Of a stretch of 62,000 nucleotides of DNA, positions 12,489 through 25,859 are shown piece by piece. The stretch spans positions 25,130,001 to 25,192,000 of the forward strand of contig OX597819.1 of NCBI GenBank assembly GCA_951406725.2. Direction: 5' to 3'. A model generated the notes under the pieces. That model saw only the letters and a program-made list of their open reading frames with translations. It was not told where the DNA came from and ran no database searches. Numbering within the stretch: the first letter of the stretch is position 1; every line of letters starts with the position of its first letter. This stretch comes from Octopus vulgaris (lineage: Eukaryota). Position numbers and translations under genes: made by a program.

Positions 12489-12907
12489 TACTCTCTTTAC
12501 TCTTTTACTTGTTTCAGTCATTTGACTGCGGCCATGCTGGAGCACCGCCTTTAGTCGAGCAAATCGACCCCAGGACTTATTCTTTGTAAGCCCAGTACTT
12601 ATTCTATCGGTCTCTTTGCCGAACCGCTAAGTGACGGGGACGTAAACACACCAGCATCGGTTGTCAAGCAATGCTAAGAGGACAAACACAGACACACAAA
12701 CATACACACACACATACGCACATAAATATATATATACATATATACGACAGGCTTCTTTCAGTTTCCGTCTACCAAATCCACTCACAAGGCATTGGTCGGC
12801 CCGGGGCTATAGCAGAAGACACTTGCCCAAGATGCCACGCAGTGGGACTGAACCCGGAACCATGTGGTTGGTTAGCAAGCTACTTACCACACAGCCACTC
12901 CTGCGCC
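12489..12907 (-). mobile_element. SINE family A
   Basis: Full-length reverse copy. Confidence 0.88.
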
Positions 12908-13080
12908 TATCTGGCAATTTTTTTTACATTTAGTGTATTTGTAAGCCATTGAAAAGTTGGTGGCTTTTATTTAGTCTTTTGTATCGAGATTTGTTTCACT
13001 TTGTGCTTACAGAAACATTGCCAATGATGGCAATGATTGCGGGTGGAGATACATGGTGATATATTTTTATATGTAAGATA

Positions 13081-13303
13081 TACTCTTTTAACTTGCTTCA
13101 GTCATTTGACTGTGGCCATGCTGGAATACTGCCTTTAATTGAGCAAATCAACCCCAGGTCTTATTCTTTGTAAGCCTAGTGCATATTCTATCGGTTTCTT
13201 TTGCTGAACTGCTAAGTTACGGGGACATAAACACACCAGCATCAGTTGTCAAGCGATGTTGTGGGGGGGACAAACACAGACACACAAACATATATACACA
13301 CGC

Positions 13304-13359
<56 letters not shown>

Positions 13360-13520
13360 ATGCGTTTCTTTCAGTTTCCGTTTACTAAATCCATTCACAA
13401 GGATTTGGTCAGCCCGAGGCTATATTAGAAGACACTTGCCCAAGGTGCCATGCAGTGGGACTGAACCCGGAACCATGTGGTTCGTAAGCAAGCTACTTAC
13501 CACACAGCCACTCCTACGCA
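13081..13520 (-). mobile_element. SINE family A
   Basis: Reverse copy, more diverged. Confidence 0.85.
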
Positions 13521-13675
13521 AATGCATATGGGTCATGTAAGGAAAAAGAAAGACAGAAAATCAAAAGCGGGCTTTTACAAAATGTAGTTACTGATCCTCC
13601 TTTAGAATATTAAAAAACGAGACATTTTGGAGCATATAACCCTAGATATACAAAAATAAATAAATGAAATAAATA

Positions 13676-14106
13676 GGCGCAGGAATGGCTGTGTGGTAAG
13701 TAGCTTGCTAACCAACCACATGGTTCCGGGTTCAGTCCCACTGCGTGGCATCTTGGGCATGTGTCTTCTACTATAGCCCCGGGCCAACCAATGCCTTGTG
13801 AGTGGATTTGGTAGACGGAAACTGAAAGAAGCCCGTCGTATATATATGTATATATATATATATGTATGTGTGTGTGTTTGTGTGTCTGTGTGTTTGTGTG
13901 TCTGTGTTTGTCCCCCTAGCATTGCTTGACAACCGATGCTGGTGTGTTTATGTCCCCGTTACTTAGCAGTTCGGCAAAAGAGATCGATTGAATAAGTACT
14001 GGGCTTACAAAAAGAATAAGTCCCGGGGTCGAGTTGCTCGATTAAAGGCGGTGCTCCAGCATGGCCGCAGTCAAATGACTGAGACAAGTAAAAGAGTAAA
14101 AGAGTA
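13676..14106 (+). mobile_element. SINE family A
   Basis: Full-length copy. Confidence 0.88.
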
Positions 14107-14552
14107 ATGGTTATGGTTGGAATGTCTTTCACCATATGTTTGTTCAATCAGAACAGACTTGGACTTGACAACAACAATTAACTTCATCACAACCAGCACT
14201 TATTCCATGCTGGCAAAGTCTGGAGGCTTCAATTCCTTTTATAAAGCTTGCCTGGAACAACAAGTATTTATTGGATCTATGAAAGATTTTAACACAAAGG
14301 AAACCAGGCTCTATTTTTAACAGTGTGCAAAGTTACCTTTGGTAGAAATGGTACAGTTTTAAATTTATTACTATAAAATGCTATAAGCCATCACTATACA
14401 TTTATGCCCCAGTAACTTGCTGTGATTCTGGTTTTGTTTTTTTTATATACTTCATTTTTTTTATATATACAACAAACAAAATGAGGACAAATATCTGCTA
14501 GATGTAAATAATGTAGATTATGTTCAACATTACTGATTAAATTTATTTGCAG

Positions 14553-14766
14553 GTAAATTCCATCAAACATGTTTCGCAAAGGATAAATGGGAAACAGAAG
14601 TGTCCCTATAGTCCCCGGCACAATTTTACTTCAATTATTAGTGAAGATGGGAACTTTTACACTGGTTCAGTGGTGGACATCCAGGCTCGAGATTATGCCA
14701 TATCTCGTGTTCTGGGTCCCTTGCCAATTCTCAGAACTCTCCGAAGTAATTCCAAATGGCTAAATG
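14553..14766 (+). CDS. Sema5: Semaphorin-5-like exon: VNSIKHVSQRINGKQKCPYSPRHNFT...LRTLRSNSKWLN
   Basis: ttgcag acceptor, G|gtaagt donor, 214 nt phase 0->1; CPYSP and SKWLN Sema motifs. Confidence 0.96.
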
Positions 14767-17700
14767 GTAAGTAACTATGGTTGGTAATTCATTTTGTAGT
14801 TTTTAAAAGATCATATCAGTTATTATATATTGGTTTCAAAATTTGGCACAAGGCCAGCAAATTTGAGGAGGAGATAATTTGATAAAATTGACCCCAGTGT
14901 TCAACTGGTACTTATTTCATCAACCCTGATAATATGAAAAGCAAAGTTGACCCCAGTGGCATTTATGCCACTAAACACTTTTTCCAGTGGTAAAGCTTCT
15001 GCCAGATCGCCACCTTTCATTAACATCTATTTTATCTTTGCTGTCATGGGTCTAATCTCTGCTATCATGGGCCTAATATCTAATACAGCTCTCCTGTATC
15101 AGATATTAGCACCCAGCTTGAACTTTTGTTATCATATTTTTATAATTTCATTTGTCAGTTTTAATATCCTGAGATATGATTTCACCATTTCTTCCTCTGT
15201 ATTCTTTAGTTTTTCTCTGCTACTGTTATATTGCATACTACACAGTGGCTGTGTGAGCTATGAAATCCTTGTCGCCCCTGTTATATCGCACGTTCAAATG
15301 ACTTCTACTCAACCTCCAATGTCTAGACTTCTCCTTCTATATCTACCTACTGGGCTAGCCTACTTCATCGTCTGGATAGTAAAATTCACATTGACATTTT
15401 TTGTTTGCATTTTTAATAGTATGTATGTTAAAAGAAGTAAAATAGTACTTAATTTTTACTCTTGCACTCAGTATTGTGTGCAATAGGATTTGAGTTTGTT
15501 TTACATAATTAAGTGGTTTAATTACTGCAGATATTCAAATACTATGCCTCTGAATGTTTAATTTGTTTCAGAAAATATTTATTCTTTTAATAAAAAGTCT
15601 TTTGAACTATGTTAATATAGCTGTCCTTGTAATGTTCCTGCTTAAGTTATGCAGTCTTGTTGGAGGTAACATATTTTCAGCTGGCTAGACTAAAGAAAAC
15701 ATTTTGCTACTAAAACAAGTATTTAAAACTTCAGCTCAGTTGTGGCAGCTGTTTTAAACCATGTGTTTTTAATGCCCAGTTGCTATATCTTGATTCAGCT
15801 GGAAAAAGTTTAAACAGTTTACATGCTAATTATAAGTCGATCTTAACTACATAGTAGCTTCACTAATTTGTGAACTTTCAACATTTATAAATTGTAAGCC
15901 ATTTAACTATTCCAGTCATTTTTGTATGCTGTGTATAGTTGATATATCTCAACATTCAGTATGATTATCTATTTGATGGATATTGGTTTGTGATTCCTTT
16001 TGACATACAAAGAATAAAACAGATTTCTTCACAGAAGTTGATCACCTTCTAATACTATTTTCTCTGTTATAGCTCTAGTGTCTATAGTATTCAGCAGTAC
16101 TTAAATACAGTAAAACAGTTACTCAAGAAAGATCTGAACTTGATACTAGAAGCTATAAAAACAATGTGATCAGATCTATTCCAACACAAGTGTAAAACAG
16201 TTAAGCTTTCTTACTTTGAATCACTTAAAATTTTACATAAGGCTACAATCAATATATATATTTTTTATAGCCCTCAACCCCTCATAGAATCATAGAGGTG
16301 TAGTAATGACATATGGCACATTTTGGATAGTATTAGGTCTAGCAGAGCCTATACCTCTCCAGATGTAACCACAACTAATTTTTTCCAGAAAGTGAGGTAA
16401 ACAAAAAGAAAGAATGGGTGAAAGAGAAAAATTGATCTGGCACAGCACTGGAACTTCATTTATTGGTTCTGAAAGGCTAAAATGTAAAGATGACCATGGT
16501 AGTATTTGAACTCAGAGTATACAGAGAGAGAGAGCCAAAATGAATACTGCAAAGTAATCTATCTGACACTTTTACTACTCAGCCAATTTGCCAATACTAC
16601 TATGACTGAAAATTAACTTGAGATCTTCGGGCTTTGATGCATTATTCCTTCAATGACTTCAACTTCTCTAAATTCCAATTATTTCTCTTTAAGTGTGTTG
16701 TTGAAAATGTAGGTTAAGAATAGCCCAGATGATTTGATAGTGATATTGTATGGTATGCAACTGAAGCTTCATGGAAAGTTAAACCACCAAATATCTTCTC
16801 TTTCGAAGTTGAAACCTATCGTAACTTTAAACAACCATTGGTTTGGTTTAGTTTTTCTCTCTCTGCTGATGTCTGCATTTTACATAACATTGGCAGATTT
16901 TTTTTTCTTCCTATCTAATGTTGTCTGTTATACAACATAAACATTTTGTTTCTGAAACAAGAATTTAAAACTTCAGCTGTGTTGTGGCAGCTGTTTTAAA
17001 CCATGTGTGTTTGGTAAGAGATTCTAACTCTAAAGAAAACATATTATAAAGTATTGAGAAAAAATTATTCTTTCCTTTTTTTCCTTCCATTGATAGAGAT
17101 AGGGTGATAAAAGTGGGGAAAGATAGGTGTGTGTGTCTGTGAAAGGGGAGACTCTAAATATCTCAGTTTAAGGTATTTGGAATAGTGACACATCAACATT
17201 TTCTCTCAAAATTCCACTGTCTATAACATGGTTGCAATCAACATTCCTAAGCAAGATATTTCATCTGTAAAAAAGCAATAAGTATGTTATTAATTTGTTG
17301 AATTAATCAATTCCTTTATATGAAAGACCATTACTGCTTCATATCATGTCCAAATCCCCAGTCCCTGCACTCATAATTACACCCACTCATTCCTTCCCAG
17401 AACATTGGCCCTCTGGAATTTACTTCCTGCTCAAGTTTTTCTTACAAGTGTTGACTTAAAAGGTACAAAAGAAACATTAATGGTATCAATCATACTGGTC
17501 TAAGAGGGCCTCTGAAAGCCATGGTACAGCCCCTTCCTCCAGACCTTGCAAGTCAAAAGAAGAAAAAAAAAAACCTTGTGGAATTATCTTTTTAGAGAAT
17601 TCAGCTTTAGATTATGTTTGATTTCAAAATTTTGTAAGACAGCTTGACTTTCCATTCATCTGGGGCTGAGAAAATGACGTATCAGTCCAAGTACTGGAGT

Positions 17701-19411
17701 TAACTGATTAATCCCTTATCTCTAAATTTATAGAAATAGTTATTAAGAATATGAACAACTTTGAGTTTATAACATTGAGGCTATGGATCAAACTCTGAAA
17801 GAAATTTATTATACCTAATAATAGCACAGACACAGCTATGTAGTTAAGAAGTTCACTTCCCAACCACATGGTTTCAGGTTCAGTCCCATACTGTGACACC
17901 TTGGGGTAATGTCTGGAAGAAGGGTCTGCACTATGGCTTTTAGAGTTGACCAAAGCATTCTGTGTGGATTTGGTAGATGGAGATTGAGAAATGTCTACCT
18001 TATATATGAGTGAGTGTGTGTGTGCATATATGTATGTGTTTGTGTCTCCTTGTCTTAATATCATACAATTGATATAAACAAACATCACTGTTATGTAGAG
18101 TGTCCCTTGTTGCCACTCTTCAATGAGGACATGTCTTGCCATGAGAAAATATTGCCTTGTTTGGAGACAAGAAGGTGACAAAAAGGGCATCCATCCATCC
18201 ATAGAAAATCTGCATCAATCAATCTTGTCTGATTCATGCTTGCATGGAAAAGTAGACATTAAAATGATGATGACATTGTTGATGATAATGATAATGATGA
18301 TGATGATAAGATGGCTGGAGATTTGATATTGAAATATTTTGGCATCTGGAGTTAAAATACAGGAGGATTGATGGTAGAAGTGGTACTATGTCAAAGAACA
18401 AAACATTGTATTATTTGATTGAATTCACAAGGTGGCAAGCTAGCAGAGCTGGTAGCACACCAGACAAAATGCTTAGTGACATTTTGTCTGCCTTTATGTT
18501 CTGAGTTCAAATTCTGCCATGGTCAATTTTGCTTTTCATTCTTTCAGGGTCAATAAAATTAGCAATCAGCTAAGTACTGGGATCGATGTAATCAATTAGC
18601 ACCCCTACCTCCACCCACCACCCTCTGACAAAATTTCAGGCTTTGTACCTTTATGATTATTATTATGATTATTTGATTGTATTCATATATGGTCTGAGTT
18701 CCAATTCTGCCCAGATTTGCTTTACTTTTCATTCATCCAAGGTCAGTGTAGTTGACTATATCAGCTATATCATAAAATACAATTTCTCAGCAGCCATGAT
18801 CATGAATAAAAGAACTAGAGTATAAAAAAGCATAAAAAAGCAAAAATACAGATCCCAACCAACCAATAAGTTGTACTTGTCAGGGATTACAATAAGAAAT
18901 AATTGAAAATTCAGTTTAAATCAGCAGTTTTTTTTCTTTTTATTGTTATGAATTACAAAAGCAGCTTTATTTCAGTTTTGCATGTTGCATTATGAAAACA
19001 GAATGCCGCTGTTGGTCAATAAAAACATGTGACCTGCTATATTTAAGTACATTTGTGATATATATATCTTAATTTTTTTTTCCCCTGTTGATTAATACTT
19101 AATATTGTTTGCAGAATATTTATTTTCTCTGTAGTATGTATATTTTTGGTTTAAACAACAAAAGTCATATGATTGTGACCTCAAACAATACTTGTTACTG
19201 CAATTGATAAGAAACATTTCCCTTTTCATCAGTTTGTATAGCTGAAATATGTCATTCTTTATATTATGATACCCAAACAACAATATACAAATATTTAAAC
19301 TTAAATTAAAAAAAAAAAATATTCCAATGCATGTATGTTTAGAATACGATATATATATATATAGAACATAAGATAAAAATAATGAAAGGTTTGACTTCTA
19401 TATTCATGTAG

Positions 19412-19431
19412 TGTATATGTATATGTATATA

Positions 19432-19481
<50 letters not shown>

Positions 19482-19682
19482 TATATGTGTGTGTATGTAT
19501 ATCTATCTATATATATATGTGTGTGTGTATGTATATCTATCTATCTATATATATATATGTGTGTATGTATATCTATCTATCTATCTATATATATATATAT
19601 ATGTAATATATATATATATATATATGTATATCTATCTATCTATCTATATATATATATGTATATCTATCTATCTATCTATCTA

Positions 19683-19720
<38 letters not shown>
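19412..19720. repeat. (TA)n/(TATC)n compound microsatellite
   Basis: Direct reading. Confidence 0.95.
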
Positions 19721-19724
<4 letters not shown>

Positions 19725-19966
19725 TAAGATTAAAATAATAAGAGAAGCATTTGGAATTCTAAACTTATGTGGTGTATTCTTTGTTGTCAGCTGATATTCT
19801 TAGTAACCTGCAAGAGAGTATGCAAATAAAGCACATTATTTATGTGATATTATTGAAAGATGAAAATAAATAATGGTACAGCAAATGTAAATATTTGTTT
19901 CTCTTATTTAAAGAATTGCATAGCTTTGTTAGTTTTAATTATTTGTTTGGTTTCTTTCTGTTCCAG

Positions 19967-20055
19967 AACCCAATTTTGTATCATCATATGAAATAGAGAG
20001 CCACATATATTTCTTTTTCCGAGAAACTGCTGTTGAATATATTAACTGTGGCAAA
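19967..20055 (+). CDS. Sema5: Semaphorin-5-like exon: EPNFVSSYEIESHIYFFFRETAVEYINCGK
   Basis: ttccag acceptor, gtaagt donor, 89 nt phase 1->0; EPNFV and YFFFRETAVEYINCGK motifs. Confidence 0.97.
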
Positions 20056-20181
20056 GTAAGTTCCTTCAATTTTCTAATATGACCGCCACTTCCAACTTAA
20101 AAAACAAGACATGAATTATTTTATCATTTTTGTATAAACATCTTTGTATAAGAAACATGCATGCGTGCACATGCGCACACA

Positions 20182-20219
<38 letters not shown>

Positions 20220-20569
20220 CATAACAAGTGGGGATGCATAGTTCACTTCATAGCCATATGGTTTAGAGTTCTGTTTCACTGTGTAGTACCTCGGGAAAGA
20301 GTCTTCTATTGTAGCCACTGGCTGACCAATGCCTTGTGGGTGGAATTGATAGATGGAAACTGTATGGAAATCTATCATGTATATGTGCATATTCCTGCAT
20401 GCAAATGAATATTTACATCTTACATGTAATCTTCCTACTTTAAACCTTGCCTTACTATTTGTATCTGTACCAAATGCATGATTTTTCGCATCAGCTAAAA
20501 AGAAAGAATTCTGGAATCTGAGATTCTTTTATTACACATTTCAGCCCTAAAGCTGTGGCCATGCTAGGA

Positions 20570-20792
20570 CACTGCCAGTGTCATCACCTTTTCAAAGGCC
20601 ACTCTTACATGATTGGCTTTCGGTGAAGGAGGGAGTTTGACACTGCTGCCCTCTTTTGGGTCTACTGCCTTGATATTGGTTCATCTGGAACCTTGGATAG
20701 CAGGAGGTCAAGTTGTTTCTTGAAAACATCTACCTCCAACTCTATGATGATCCCTCAGATGTTTTGGCAAGGTGGTAAATGGCTGTGGGCCC
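20570..20792 (-). mobile_element. CR1-like LINE, C-terminal ORF2 remnant
   Basis: - strand reads GPQPFTTLPKHLRD / VDVFKKQLDLLLSKVPDEP...RAAVSNSLLH with a frameshift and stop, matching the GPRLFN.LP...FK..LD..L..VPDEP...RAA.SNSL end of CR1-type ORF2. Confidence 0.65.
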
Positions 20793-21772
20793 GGTTTTTA
20801 AATTTTATTTTTTTTTAAGTAATGAAAGTATTTTGCAAGTCTGAAAGTAGTGTTAGCACAATTTGCTACAAATTTTAGACAGATTTGTAATGACAACATC
20901 TAATTTGTGAGCCCTTCAAAAGATCACAGTGTAAATCTGACCTTTGAAAGTCTTTTTTTTCTTAATTTATACAGACATTAGTAGCATAAATATGACACAT
21001 ACATTAATTAGCAGCAGCAGCAGCAACAGAATGTACATAAAATGATCTATCATAATTTATGTTAATACTATTTCTGGTGTATTTTAAATGCCTAGTTGCT
21101 GCTTAACACCTGGTTGGTAATGACTATGCATATATGTATTTATGCATGTCTATGTAAGTGTAATTCTGTATGTGGGTGTTTGTCTATATGTATGTGACAC
21201 GTGGGAGTGTGAGACTTCCATAAGACATTGAAAAATATTTATTTATTCTGAAATCCTTCTGTAATTTAAACAATGAATTGACAAATATTTTAGAAGCTAC
21301 CATTTTTCCCATCGCTTATTGAGCAACAGAAGTCTGTTAATGAACCCAGGTGGAGTTAATTTGCTGAGTAAATTCTTTATACCAGCTGATTAACTATATA
21401 GCTTCAACTAATTGATGATAGCCGAGTACTTCTATTACTGAGGATAATAAGTGCGGGAGAAGAGAGAGAGAAAGCAAATAAACAAAACTAATCAGTTGGA
21501 TATGCACACAAATATGTAGATCTTAGATACACATAGACACATATTTTATGCATACGTATGCAATTATATATAAACACATGCACACACACACTCACATGTA
21601 TACACACACACTTAAACATACATGCTCATTCACACAGACACTCATGTTTCCACCCACACAGTCTCACATACATCTGCCCGTTCTCTCTCTCTCTCTCAAA
21701 AGCATACATTCAAACTCAGGTACACACATACATACTCACAGACAGACAGACAAGCAAACAGACTCAGAAATC

Positions 21773-21992
21773 ATGCACACTTGAGGACATGCTAATGCAT
21801 ATTTGAGGACAGGCTGATGCACACTCAGGGATAGGCTGACACACATTTGAGAACAGGCTTAGACATGATAGAGGACTAGTTGATGCATGATAGAGGAGAG
21901 ACTAATGCACATTTGAGGACAGGCCAATGCACTCTTGGGGACAGGCTGATGCATACTTGAAGACAGGATGATGTACTCTTGAGGACAGGCTA
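21773..21992. repeat. 22-bp minisatellite, 10 diverged units (atgcacacttgaggacaggctg)
   Basis: Exact 22-bp period over 220 bp with no indels. Confidence 0.9.
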
Positions 21993-23071
21993 ATGAACTG
22001 TCATGAATAGTCTGTCACATACTCAAGAGCCAGTTGATGTATGTTCGAGGGCAGGTTGATAACACATAGATTTTATAATTCATTTCAATGACATTAAATA
22101 TAATTTTGACTTTGGCTAGTCTTGTGAGCGGATTTGGTAAACTGAAACTGTGTGGAAGCTTGGTTATATATGTATATATATATATTTGTATCTCACATAT
22201 CTTTACAACTAGTAGTGGTTTGTTTGCATTCCTGTAATTTAGTTGCTTGGTGAAAATCGTCCTATTGGATAAGGACCAGATTTTGAAAATATAAGTTCTG
22301 GAATCAATGTGATTGACTGAACCCTTTGAGGTGGTGCTCCAGCATGGCCACAGTTCAGTGATTAAAACAAATAAAAGAATAACATGATGTAAACACGCAT
22401 GCACACACATGCCTCAGTTGGCACACAGACCAAACTCAGTACCACTTGGTGGTGAAGCAAACTGCTGAGTTTTTCAAAAATAATGTATATACTGATATGC
22501 ACATGCATGCATCCATGCACTCACACATGCATGCATGCACACACACACACAATAGTAGCATTATTCCTAAATTAGAAACCTTTATTATATCATCTTTAAA
22601 GTAGTGAGTTGATAGAATCATTAAATAACTGGAAAAAAATGTCCTGTGATATTTGTTCTAGGTTTTTAATTTCTGAATTCAAATCCTGAAAGGGTCAGTT
22701 TTACCTTTCATTCCTCTTTGGTTGATAAAATAAAGTATCAACCAAGTGTTAAGTTCAATGCAATTAACTAAAATTGCTGATCTTGGGCCTCACTTGAAAA
22801 TTAAGGACAATAGATTGGTAAAATCATTAGAGCATCACACTAGGGCCTTGCAAAATTCTTTTCCAGTTCTTTACATTCTGAGTTCCAAACTAGCCAAAAT
22901 CACCTTTGCTTTTCATTATTCAGAAGTTGATAAAATACTGTACCAGTCTCTAATATCAACGGCTCCCTATCTCTTCAAAATTACTGTCCTTGTGCTTTAA
23001 TTAGAAATCATTATTATTATCAACTGTATTATGATCAGGGTTATGATTGCAATGGTGCTTCTGATGATGAA

Positions 23072-23465
23072 TCTTTATATATAAAAGAGAGGTTGTGTGC
23101 TGTCTGTCTCCTACGATTTAGATTCCTAACTACTCCCACATTTTGCGGTGCAGTTTAACCAAAAGCGGGTATCTTATAGTCGTGATTCATATCGAGCCCT
23201 TCTGGGTATTAGCGCACGTCTACGATGAGTCTACGATTTAAAAAAAAATTTACCATCAATTTTTCCCATTTTAATGCATTTTTGGCATATATAAGGGAAG
23301 TAACTCTCTAAAAATTTATTATTAAATCTCAGAACGTAAAAAGCTACAGTAACACCCCACTTTGTGGTTAGCCATATTGAGATGGCTATTATGCTTTACA
23401 TCTCTAAAAATGCTTATATAGTTATTTCCCTTACAAACCCGAGCAATGCCGGGCGATACTGCTAG
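23072..23465 (+). mobile_element. Non-autonomous Helitron (family H)
   Basis: A|TC ... CTAG|T, no TSD, 3' hairpin. Confidence 0.88.
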
Positions 23466-23724
23466 TTGTTTAATAATTTGATTTGTTTATTGAAGGATAT
23501 TTAAGTCAGAAGATTATATATGGCTTTCTGAATTATTTCTGTCTTTTACTTGTTTTAGTCATTTGACTGCAGCCATGCTGGGGCATTGCCTTGAAGTGTT
23601 TAATCAATCAACATGATTCCAGTATATATATTTTAAATCTGGTACTTATTCTGTCAGTCTCTTTTGCTGAACTGCTCGGTTACGGGGACATAAACCAACA
23701 CAGACACACCACACACATATGCAC

Positions 23725-23775
<51 letters not shown>

Positions 23776-24472
23776 GGGATTTAAGTTTCTGTCTACCACA
23801 TCCACTCACAAGGTTTTGATCAGCTCAGAGCTATAGTAGAGGACACTTGTAAAGTTGTTGCACAGGAGAATTGAACTCAGGACGACATGATTGGGAAGCA
23901 CCACTTCTTAATCACAAAGCCACACCTGTACATATAGGCCACATCAAATATTATATATTTTACGCCATTTGTATTTGTATGTGTTCCTTTTTTTCTGTAT
24001 TACAAAAAAGAAAAGTAAAACGAATATGATTTATAATATTTCCAATGTAATTTTTAAATATGGTATTCAACATATTCCATAACTTTTTGGTAAGAAAAAT
24101 GAGGCAAACCAGTAAAAAAGAAAAAGAAAAAAATTGGGGAAAAAATAACTTTGGCATTAGAACCAGATGAATCTGTAGAATCATCTGTTTCTAATGCCAA
24201 CATTGCCAGACAAATGAGCGAAAGGCAAATGTTTATGTTAAAGAATAAAGAAATTGAGATGGTTAAAATAGTTTTAATGAAAACAAGGAGAAAGAACATC
24301 ATAGAATAATCCTAATCTGATGCTGATCTGCAAAATTCATCATTATAAAGTGATGGGCATTTTCTGCCAAGGCTCATCATCATTACTACCACCGTTATCA
24401 CTACCACCACCAGCTTTCACATCTGCTTTACGTAATTGAAATGAAGATGAATCTTGTATTTAAAGATCCGTA

Positions 24473-25040
24473 TTGGGTTGTCCGGAAAGTTTGTGCCGAT
24501 TTATAATAGCTTACCTTTCGACTTATTTTGGAACATGGTTGAGTCCATAGAATAGGTAGGATTTGACTACACCTCCAATTAGAGCACAGTTTAAGCTATC
24601 TTTTCGTGGAAGAAGATTTGTTCCTATAACCCGTGTTAATTTTGTAACCCTTTAAAGTGGAAGATAAGAAAGTTAATTTTCGGCACTTGATGCTTTGGGA
24701 ACCAGATAAAAATTTTTGCGCCTCGGCTGGGATGTGTTACCCCACCCTTCATATTCACCAGATGTTGCTCCTTCAGATTTCCACTTAATCAGGTCTCTGC
24801 AGAATAGTCTTAATGGTAAAAATTTCAATTCCTTGGATGATGTAAAAAGATACCTTGATGAATTCTTTGCTATGAAACCACCTCAATTCTGGGAAGAGGG
24901 TATTTTCAAGTTAAAGGAAAGATGGAGACGCATTGTACAACAAAATGGTTCATATTTGGTTGATTAAGAATGTAATGGCAAGTATTTATTGACCATTTTC
25001 TTTCCTTTAAAAATTGGCATGAACTTTCCGGATAACCCAA
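24473..25040 (+). mobile_element. Internally deleted mariner (Tc1/mariner, DD34D type), 568 bp
   Basis: 30-bp TIRs TTGGGTTGTCCGGAAAGTTTGTGCCGATTT (4 mismatches between ends), TA on both sides, C-terminal transposase LGWDVLPHPSYSPDVAPSDFHL. Confidence 0.95.
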
Positions 25041-25566
25041 TAGTTTGGACAAAGCAAATTTGTATCTCATTTGGAATATTATAAATATTAATAATAATAA
25101 GGCTAATTTTGGCACAAGGCCAGCAATTTTGAAGGAAGGAGCATGTCAATTACATCAACTCCAATGCACAACTGGTACCTATTTCAATAAGCCTGAAAGT
25201 ATTAAAGGTAAAGTCAATCTTGGCAGCATTTGAGCCCAGAATGTAGACTCAGAGGAAATGCCCCTAAGCATTACTGTTCAGCACAGTAGTGGGGATTCCA
25301 CAAGGTTGTTGCCTTACATAATAAAAATAATAATCCTTTCTACCATAGGCACAAGGTCTGGAATTTTAGGGGAAGGGGAAGTTGACTACATCAATTCCAG
25401 TGTTCAACTGGTCCTTGTTTTATAAACCCCGAAGGGATGATAGGTAAAATCAACCTTGACAGCTTTTGAATTTAGAATGTAGTCAGAAGAAATGCCACTA
25501 AACATTTTGTCCAGTGTAGTAACAATTCTGCAATCTCACCACCTTAATTAATAAAAATAATTAAAA

Positions 25567-25686
25567 TAATGATAATGATGGTGATGATGATGATGATAAT
25601 AATAATAATGATAATGATGATAATAATGATAATAATAATAATAATAATAATGATAATAATGATAGTGATAATGATAATAATAATAG

Positions 25687-25726
<40 letters not shown>

Positions 25727-25828
25727 GATAATGATAATAGTAATGATAATGATAATAATGATGATAATAGTAATGATAATGATAATAATAATAATAATGA
25801 TAATAATGATAATAATAATGATAATGAT

Positions 25829-25858
<30 letters not shown>
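25567..25858. repeat. (ATA)/(ATG) compound microsatellite
   Basis: About 290 bp of ataatg/ataata. Confidence 0.95.

Positions 25859-25859
<1 letters not shown>

Noticed and set aside
10664-14147. Recurrent ORFs such as MSSNARGTNTDTQ... and ...RPGAIAEDTCPRCHAVGLNPEPCGW
   Set aside because: Translations of SINE family A; they recur wherever the SINE does.
14947-15486. 179-aa hydrophobic ORF resembling a membrane protein
   Set aside because: TTG start, T-rich intron sequence overlapping an interspersed repeat, no family motif.
19209-19250. CTGATGA...GAAA on the - strand
   Set aside because: Only five non-pairing bases between the two motifs, so no stem II; chance match.
21773-21992. Regular repeat array considered as CRISPR
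   Set aside because: Contiguous units with no unique spacers, in a eukaryotic intron, no cas genes.
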